Positions 52,101-60,000 of a stretch of 60,000 nt of DNA are shown here, piece after piece. The position numbers and the translations under genes are program-made. The stretch covers positions 37,760,001-37,820,000 of the forward strand of contig NC_086108.1 of NCBI RefSeq assembly GCF_963921235.1, in the 5' to 3' direction. The stretch is from Mobula hypostoma. Its lineage: Eukaryota. How positions within the stretch are numbered: the first letter of the stretch is position 1; every line of letters starts with the position of its first letter. The notes beneath the pieces were generated by a model. That model searched no databases and was not told where the DNA came from. It was given only the letters and a program-made list of their open reading frames with translations.

Positions 52101-53452
52101 TGGAGAGTGTTCTCAGAGATGGTATATATAATTACCTGGATAGACAGAGCCTGATTAGGAACAGTCAACATGGATTTGTGCGTAAAAGGTCATGTTTGAC
52201 AAATCTTATTGAATTTTTTGATGAGGTTACTAGGAGAGTTGACGAGCGTAAAGCAGTGGATGTTGTCTATATGGACTTCAGTAAGGCCTTTGACAAGATT
52301 CCACATGGAAGGTTAGTTAGGAAGGTTCAATCATTAGGCATTAATATCGAAGTAGTAAAATGGATTCAGCAGTAGCTGGATGGGAGATGCCAGAGAGTGG
52401 TGGTGGATAACTGTGTGTCAGATTGGAGGACCGTGTCTAGCGGTGTGCCTCAGGGATCTGTACTGAGTCAAATGTTGTTTGTCACACATATTAATGATCT
52501 GGATGATGGGGTGGTAAATTGGATTAGTAAGTATGCAGGTGATACTAAGATAGGTGGAGTTGTGGATAATGAAGTAGGTTTTCAAAGCTTGCAGAGAGAT
52601 TTAGGCCAGTTAGAAGAGTGGGCTGAAAGATGGCAGATGGAGTTTAATGCTGAAAAATGTGGGGTGCTACATTTTGGTAGGACTAATCAAAATAGGATAT
52701 ACATGGTAAATGGTAGGGCATTGAAGAATGCTGTAGAACAGAGGGATCTAGGAATAATGGTGCATATTTCCCTGAAGGTGGAATCTCATGTGGATAGGGT
52801 GGTGAAGAAAACTTTTAGTATGCTGGCCTTTATTAATCAGAGCATTGAGTATAGGAGTTGGGATGTAATGTTGAAATTGTATAAGGCATTGGTGAGGCCA
52901 AATTTGGAGTATTGTGTACAGTTCTGGTCAGTGAATTATAGGAAAGATGTCAACAAAATTGAGAGAGTACGGAGGAGATTTACTAAAATGTTGCCTGGGT
53001 TTCATCTCCTAAGTTACAGAGAGAGGTTGAACAAGTTAGGTCTTTATTCTTTGGAGCATAGAAGGTTGAGGGAGGACTTGATAGAGGTATTAAAATTATG
53101 AGGGTGATAGATAGAGTTGACGTGGATAGGCTTTTTCCATTGGGAGTGGGGGAGATTCAAACAAGAGGACATGAGTTGAGAGTTAAAGGGCAAAAGTTTA
53201 GGGGTAACATGAGGGGGAACTTCTTTACTCAGAGAGTGGTAGCTGTGTGAAACGAGCTATCAGCAGAAGTGGTTGAGGCAGTTTCGATGTTGTCATTTAA
53301 AGTTAAATTGGATAGATATATGGACAGGAAAGGAATGGAGGGTTATGGGCTGAGTGCAGGTCGGTGGGACTAGGTGAGAGTAAGAGTAAGGACTAGAAGG
53401 GCCAAGATAGCCTGTTTCTGTACTGTAATTGTTATATGGTTATATGGTTATC
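49140..53452 (+). mobile_element. Full-length CR1 LINE (5' UTR, intact ORF1, ORF2 with several stops, TATGGTTA tail)
   Basis: ORF1 49425-50360. ORF2 pieces: YFNARSI/ISETW, VGDFNFP, NDHN, KSPGPD, QHGF, YMDFSKAFD, GVPQGS and KYAGD. ORF2 has stops or frameshifts near 50761, 51325, 51568, 52375 and 53101. Confidence 0.95.
49425..50360 (+). CDS. CR1 ORF1 protein (zinc finger/leucine zipper + SGNH esterase), open frame
   Basis: MSVRAACCSQC..HICARC (zinc finger), LLRDRITELELQFDDL (zipper), IGNSIVR, PGAR-like LGARV, IGTNDIG and DELHLN esterase blocks. No stop over ~311 aa. Confidence 0.8.
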   Translation: MSVRAACCSQCRMWEVVESTSLLDVHICARCAETQLLRDRITELELQFDDLRLIRESEELIERSYRQVVTPGPREADKWVTVRRGKGKTQVLESTPVAVALDNKSSSLNTVEGDSLPGGSNIGRASGTESGPVAQKGRERKKRAKVIGNSIVRGSDRRSCGHSPETWMVVWLLGARVRDISDHVQDILKWEGVEPEIVVRIGTNDIGRKRGEVLKGEYRELGRELRRRTAKVVILGLLPVPRDSESRNAIRWRINAWLRDWSKGQGFNFLDYWDLFWHRCDLYKKDELHLNPRRTNILVRRFAKATEVSLN

Positions 53453-53684
53453 AGTTGTTTACCAACAGAATTTTCATGAAAATTCAATTATTAATATAAT
53501 TGAGCAAAGTTTTCTGTTCCAAAATATTTCAAATACTAATTACATTTAATTCCAAGAAAGAAATGGGGAGGACACAAATAGAACATGTAAAAAAGAACAT
53601 TTGTGAAGTTGATAGAAATTAAGCATAGATAAATTGGGACAAACCTTAACATGTAAAAGGCAGTGACTTTCCTAGCAGGTAATC

Positions 53685-55312
53685 AAAATCAGAATCAGAA
53701 TCAGGTTTATTATCACTGGCATGTGATGTGAAATTTGTTAACTTAGCAGCAGCAGTTCAATATAATGCATAATCTAGCAGAGAGAAAAAAATATAATAAA
53801 AGTAATATTAATAAATAAACAAGTAAATCTATTATGTATATTGAATAGATTTTAAAAATGTGGAAAAACAGAAATACTGTGTATTTAAAAAAAAGTGAGG
53901 TAGTGTCCAAAGATTTAATGTCCATTTAGGAATAGGATGGCAGAGGGGAAGAAGCTATTCCTGAATCGCTGAATGTGTGCCTTCAGGCTTCTGTACCTCC
54001 TACCTGATGGTAACAGTGAGAAAAGGGCATGCCCTGGGTGCTGGAGGTCCTTAATAATGGACGCTGCCTTTCTGAGACACTGCTCCCTAAAGATGTCCTG
54101 GGTACTTTGTAGGCTCGTACCCAAGATGGAGCTGACTAGATTTACAACCTTCTGCAGTTTCTTTCAGTCCTGTGCAGTAGCGCCTCTGTACCAGACAGTG
54201 ATGCAGCCTGTTAGAATGCTCTCCACCGTATAACTATAGAAGGTTTTGAGTGTATTAGTTGATATGCCTAGTGTGGACACGTGGTCAAGTGGTTAAGGCA
54301 TTGGACTAGCTACCTGAAGTTCGTGAGTTCGAGCCCCAGCTGAGGGAATGTGTTGTGTCCTTGAACAAGGCACTTAATCACACATTGCTCTGCGACGACA
54401 CTGGTGCCAAGCTGTATGGGTCCTAATGCCCTTCCCTTGGACAACATTGGTGTCGTGGAGAGGGGAGGCTTGCAGCATGGGCATCTGCTGGTCTTCCATA
54501 CAACCTTGCCCAGGCCTGCGCCCTGGAGAGTGAAGACTTTCCAGGCGCAGATCCATGGTCTCGCAAGGCTAAAGGGTGCCTTTCTTTTTTGTTGATATGC
54601 CAAATCTCTTCAAACTCCTAATAAAGTATAGCTGCTGTCTTGCCTTCTTTATAACTACATCGGTATGTTGGGACCACGTTAGATCCTCAGAGATCTTGAC
54701 ACCCAGAAACCTGAAACTGCTCACTCTCTCCACTTCTAATCCCTCTATGAGGATTGGTATGTGTTCCTTCGTCTTACCCTTCCTGAAGTCCATAATCAGT
54801 TCTTTCGTCTTACTGACGTTGAGTGCCAGGTTGTTGCTGCAGCACCACTCCACTAGTTGGCATATCACACTTCTGTACACCCTCTCCTCACCACCTGAGA
54901 TTCTATCAACAATGGTTGTATCGTCAGCAAATATATAGATAGTATTTGAGCTATGCCTAGCCACACAGTCATGTGTATATAGAGAGAAGAGCAGTGGGCT
55001 AAGCACACACCCCTGAGGTGCACCAGTGTTGATCATCAGTGAGGAGGATATGTTATCACCAATCCGCACAGATTGTGGTCTTCCGGTTAGGAAGTCGAGG
55101 ATCCAATTGCAGAGAGAGGTACAGAGGCCCAGGTTCTGTAATTTCTCAATCAGGATTGTGGGGATGATGGTATTAAATGCTGGGCTATAGTTGATGAACA
55201 GCATCCCGACATAGGTGTTTGTGTTATCTAGGTGGTCTAAAGCCGTGTAGAGAGCCATTAAGCTTGCGTCTGCTGTTGACCTATTGTGGCGATAGGCAAA
55301 TTGCAATGGGCC
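53685..55312 (-). mobile_element. 5'-truncated Rex1/Babar LINE (RT + 3' UTR), interrupted by a SINE
   Basis: Reverse frame [67 protein letters not shown]. Tail (TTCTGA)n. Confidence 0.9.
54271..54590 (+). mobile_element. Full-length tRNA-derived CORE-type SINE with RTE-like 3' tail
   Basis: A box TGGTCAAGTGG (54282), B box GTTCGAGCC (54327), CORE-like gtgtccttgaacaaggcacttaa and a T-rich tail. 11-bp TSD GTTGATATGCC (54258-54268, 54591-54601). Confidence 0.9.
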
Positions 55313-55397
55313 TGGAGTGGGTTAAGTCCATTTAAACAGTAAAGTTGTCAGTATAATGTAAATTGATGTCAAACTGAGAGTGTAAAAACCTCATCGT

Positions 55398-56290
55398 AGT
55401 CATAGAATCATGGACCTGTATAACACAAAGTGAGTCTCTTTGGCCCAGCACATTCTTGGTGACAGTGATGGCTATCTACACTTATCCCACTTCCCTACAT
55501 TATGCCATATTCCTGAGTGACTCTTCAATCCAAATACCTGCCTAAGTGTCTTTTAAATGTTTAAGTTGTTTCTACTTTGACCTCCTCCTCTGGCATTTCC
55601 AAAATCCATCACCTTCCACATGGAAAAACTAGCTTCTTCGATTTTCTTCAAAATTCTCCCATCTTATACCTACAATATGCCCTCGAATTTTAAAATTTTC
55701 TACCCCAAGGGAGAAGACTCCGTGACGTTTGTAACCCTGAAATACTGTTATCTCTATAAAGTCACCCTCAGCCGACCTACACTCCAAAGAAAACAAACCC
55801 AGTCTGTCCCATCTCTTCACATAATCAAAGCTCTCCACTCTAGATAATATCCTGATGAATCTCTTCTGCATTCTTTCTAAGTTACCACACCCTTCTTCAG
55901 TTATGGTGAATAAAAATGTACACAATACTCCCAGTGCGGTCTAACCAACACTTCATACGGTCCAACATGATGTCCCAAATTGTGTACTCAATACTTTCAT
56001 CTGTGAAAGCAACCATTTCAGATGCCTTCCTTATATCCCTATTCATATACATCATCCTCTTCAGGAACCAGGAACTTGCAACCAAGTTTTTCTGTACTTC
56101 AGCACTCCTAGGGTCCTTGCCATTTACTGTATTTGTCCTGCCTATAGTTGGCATGCCAGAAAGCATTACCTCATACTTGTCTGTATTAAATTCAATCTGC
56201 CACTGACTGACTCATCTTTTCAGTTGACGCATGCCCCTTAAACAACCTTCCTTGCTGTCTACTATTTCACCAATTTCTGTCACTAATGTG
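55398..56290 (-). mobile_element. Old CR1 3' fragment
   Basis: Reverse frame LERMQKRFIRIL..DRLGLFSLECR. CR1-type tail agtcatagaatcatgg. Confidence 0.7.
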
Positions 56291-57739
56291 GGAGAGGAAA
56301 GTTGGTAATTCAATTACGATGGAATAAAATAAAATAACTGCAAAACTACATCAAGAAATTACTGTACTTCCCCTGTTTTTGGATTCAATGATGAAGGCTA
56401 TGTATGTCAAGAAAGGCGGGCAGTGTTCCAAATCCCACAATCTGACCACTTCATTTTAATTTGCAACTCTTACACCAAAGCACCTTGTCAGCTGCACTTT
56501 CTAATGTTCCCATTTCTACAGTCACCACTGACATTTAGCCTCATTCAGATCCAAATGCATCTTCTTCCGTTCTCACTAAGCTCCAGTTCCATCAATCCAC
56601 ATACCCTCATTGTTTTACCCTGACTCATTGCTCTCTCTCTCTTTCTGCAGAAACAGGAGGTGAAGCAGAAAATGGGAAATATTTCTCTGCCATCAGCCAA
56701 CTAATTCCATTGAGTCAACAGGGATATTAGTATGAATAGGCACCGGAGATGGAAAGATAAGTGTTCACAATCACCTGGTGACAATTCTATTTCAGTTAGA
56801 TATTGGGATATAATACTCTTCTGACATGGCATTAGCAGTGAGTGAAAACAACGCAAAAACTGTAAAAACTTAAAAATTCACATTTTAGTCCTCAATTCTT
56901 AACAAATTCTCCAGCAATACTACTGGACACGCAGCGGGACTACAGTGATAACTGCTGGCTTTCATCTACTAATACAGATATTCACATTTTCATAGGGCTA
57001 ATAGGAAAGATGTGGGTCTGTGCACCAAAAGTGAACATCAGCAGTCAATGTACATTGCATCAGGAACAGGGATATGACAGAGGTGTTCCCAACAGAGACT
57101 GAATGACTCTCCAATCTCTGATGCTGCTGCTCAGGGTAGGTAAACAACAAACTACTTCTAGAGGTGGATGGTTAGGTGTTGACCTGAATCACATTGTGCA
57201 GATAAAGTGGAGGAACTCTTCTTGAATGTGTAAGTGACAATGCCAGCACTTTCACAGAGATATCCAAAGAATTACAAATAGTCCACTTCTGAATCACGAC
57301 CACACTAAATATAATAGATATTTCACCATTGGTATCCCATACCCCAATAACCCATCGCAAACTGAAACATCTTATTCCTTCCTTCTGCCTTGAAAATATT
57401 CTCTAATATCAACTTTCCACAAGTTTTTAGACATTCAACCCAACATCTCCTGACATGGCTTGGCATCAATTCCTGTCTTCTGAACCCACAATGAACACCT
57501 TTGGGATGTTTCTCTAGTTTAAAACACTGATTAAATAAAAAGATTTGCTGTTTTGTTTAATAATAGAATCAGTAAAACTAGTCGATAAAATACTGAAAGA
57601 CTCAAATAAAAGTCAATGATAAAGTAATAATTATTTGGAAGGTTTTTGCAATAAAAGGTGTTCATTAAGGTGAAGAACAAACAAGAAATTGTTAAGTGAT
57701 TCACTTTGGCGAGAAAATGAGATGTGACAATATGATGAA

Positions 57740-58040
57740 AATGGTACTGTATTAACTGCAGGAACAGAGACCCCTGTGGCCTCTTCAAAGGTAGCAGGAC
57801 AATCAAGAAGACATTTAAAGAAGGCAATTGGAATTCTTGTCTTAATGAAAATAAGCACTGACTAAAAGAGCGACTACTAATGGTAAACACTGACAAAACA
57901 TTGCTTAGGCCCTGTGTGATGCACTGTGGCCATGGGTGGCTCCTTACAGAGGTGTCAGAGGGGATTAATTAGGATAAATTCTGTCATGTGGAGAGAGAAA
58001 TTGTGACATTCGCCTTAAAGCATAGGAGGTTAAAGAGAAG
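57740..58040 (+). mobile_element. Highly degraded CR1 RT-end fragment
   Basis: Weak similarity: ttcaaaggtagcaggaca..aagaaggcaa.tggaattcttg..aaacattg.ttaggccc. Confidence 0.4.
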
Positions 58041-58607
58041 TTTACAAGAATGTGATTTTTCTGTTATTCAGGAAAAGGAGAAATTATTGATTTTATAACA
58101 AGCCAATTTGTTTGTGCCAAGGGCAAGTGTAAGGTTACTAATGCAGTATAACGTTTCATTCACTCTGTCCCAGTACTATAATTCAGGCCAATCTTGAGAA
58201 AGGAATATGATTACACCCCTCACATTGTGGCTCCTCTAAAGGATGGTATCCAATTAAAGACAGTTTTATGTATCAATTCAGATCCACTAGAAACTGGATT
58301 GATATAAGACAAAAAAGGCCATAAACAACTCCTCTAACCATCCGAGAGTTCAAAATCTATTATACAGAGCTGGATATGAACAGAGCCCTAGAGATGAAAA
58401 GCCAGTGAACTACACAACAGCCTTCAATATATTATCTGAATAGATAAAATGTCTCCTATTCTAAACTTCATTTGTCCTGTCTTTCGTTAGAACATAAATT
58501 AGAAGGTAAGTTATGCAAAAGCTTTAAAAAATGCTGAAATTAAATAGTACATACATAAAAGTAATATGTTTACATATTTGCACTCAAGTACCTTTGTGAC
58601 ACAGGAC

Positions 58608-58630
58608 ATTTATTTATTTATTTATTTATT
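58608..58630 (+). repeat. (ATTT)5+ simple repeat
   Basis: Direct reading of attt tandem units. Confidence 0.9.
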
Positions 58631-58881
58631 AAATTGAAGGTATTAAAGAGGTTATTGAGTCAGTGGCAACCTCTAGTTTGTGGAATCAATACTAATTCTA
58701 ATTAACTACTTTACTCAAATCATTGTTGGGAAGATTACTTTGGCAATCCAGACAGAATGACATTGCAATATTAATCACTTTCCATGAAATTACACTTCCA
58801 GGCACATCTCCCTCTCTCCTCGCCTATTTAATTCAGATGGTACCATTTAATTCATTACTCTGATTAGTTCTTTCCTCCTGG

Positions 58882-59413
58882 AACATATAACAATACAGCA
58901 TAGCACAGGCCCTTCAGCCCATAATGTTGTGCCAATCTCTTAATCTACTCTAAATTCAATCTAACACTTCCCTCCTACATAGCGCACCATTTTTCTATCA
59001 TCAATATGCCTATCTACGATTTTCTTAAATGCCCCTAACGTATTTGCCTCTACTACCACTCTTGCCAGGAAGTTCACAACTCTCTGTGTAAAAATTTACC
59101 TCTGACATCCCCCAACATTTTCCTCCAATCTCCTTAAAATTATGCCACCCTGTACTCGCAATTTTCATCCTGGGAAATCGTCTCCGGTTGCCTATTCAGT
59201 CATTATCATTTTGTACACCTCTATCAAATTACCTCTTGTTCTCCTTTGCTTCAATGAGAAAAACCCTAGCTTGTTCAACCTGTCTTCATAAAACATGCTT
59301 TCCAATCTAAGCAGCTACCTGATACATTTTCTCTGCACCCTCATTAAAGCTTCTACATCTTTGCTATAATGAGGAGATCAGTACTGAACACAATATCCCA
59401 CATGTGATCTAAC
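58882..59413 (-). mobile_element. CR1 3' fragment (target of the second hAT insertion)
   Basis: Tail aacatataacaatacagcatagcacaggcccttcagccc, followed by RT-end similarity up to cacaatatcccacatgtgatctaac. Confidence 0.75.
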
Positions 59414-60000
59414 CCGGGGTCCCCAACCTTTTTATCACTGCGGACTGGGGCGGAGGGGGCGGGGGTGGTGGTAGGGTTGCCAACGGACAAGAGTAGAGCC
59501 AAATACGTTGTTTACACAGAGAGACTACAATGACCATGAAGCCTTGCGCGGGCACCAGTGCACACGCGTGCTTTGTGCATGCGTGCTTTGCGCATGCGTG
59601 TACGTGCCGATTTTTTCTACAAATCGTTTTCAGCGATTCTGTTGGGGGCGGGTGTTAATCACGAGCGGAATATAGGTGATAAGTGGCTAATACACTCAAT
59701 TTCATTTCTAAAAGGGTTTATCTAACGAATTTAATATTAAACACACAGCACATATTTTCCTCGCATGAATACAGCGATAAGTCAATTATCGGGGGAGGAC
59801 AGGGGAGCTTAAAGTAAGTGTTGAACAAACTTCCAGTAGAAGTGGTAGAGGCAGGTTCAATATTGTCATTTGAAGTTAAATTGAATAGGTATATGGACAG
59901 GAAAGGAATGGAGGGTTATGGGCTGAGTGCAGGTCGGTGGGACTAGGTAAGAGTAGCGTTGGGCACGGACTAGAAGGGCAGAGATGGCCTGTTTCCGTGC
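59414..60000 (-). mobile_element. Second copy of the Charlie-like hAT element with captured CR1 tail (runs off the window end)
   Basis: TIR C(c)GGGGTCCCCAACC. Reverse-complement homologue of 26490-27124, including the same hAT/CR1 junction. Confidence 0.9.

Noticed and set aside
54271..54345. tRNA gene
   Set aside because: The A/B boxes belong to a SINE head with body, tail and TSD, and there is no complete cloverleaf acceptor stem.

Overview
Eukaryotic vertebrate DNA, most likely from a cartilaginous fish (ray/skate-like repeat families; this is an inference). The whole window appears to be intronic sequence of the sodium-activated potassium channel gene KCNT2 (Slick/Slo2.1) on the minus strand. 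One 112-bp coding exon is recognisable at 41649-41760 ([37 protein letters not shown], canonical AG/GT). Roughly half of the window is transposable elements, often deeply nested. These include several CR1 LINEs (three long copies with a zinc-finger/esterase ORF1 and an APE-RT ORF2, plus one young 5'-truncated copy with an open RT frame), an RTE LINE, Rex1/Babar-like LINE pieces, Penelope-like elements, a tRNA/CORE-type SINE, a Tigger/pogo-like element, two copies of a Charlie-like hAT element carrying a captured CR1 tail, a Tc1-like mini-MITE and two possible solo LTRs. The most unusual signal is a set of minimal type I hammerhead-ribozyme motifs (stem I-CUGANGA-stem II-GAAA-palindromic ACGU-H-stem I) in the Penelope terminal repeats. 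It includes a ~280-bp mini-element with two tandem motifs ~194 nt apart, lying in the sense orientation ~460 nt downstream of the KCNT2 exon. All copies carry core mutations, so activity is unproven. Repeat-family names and the KCNT2 call come from recalled sequences, not database searches. Boundaries of old repeats are approximate.
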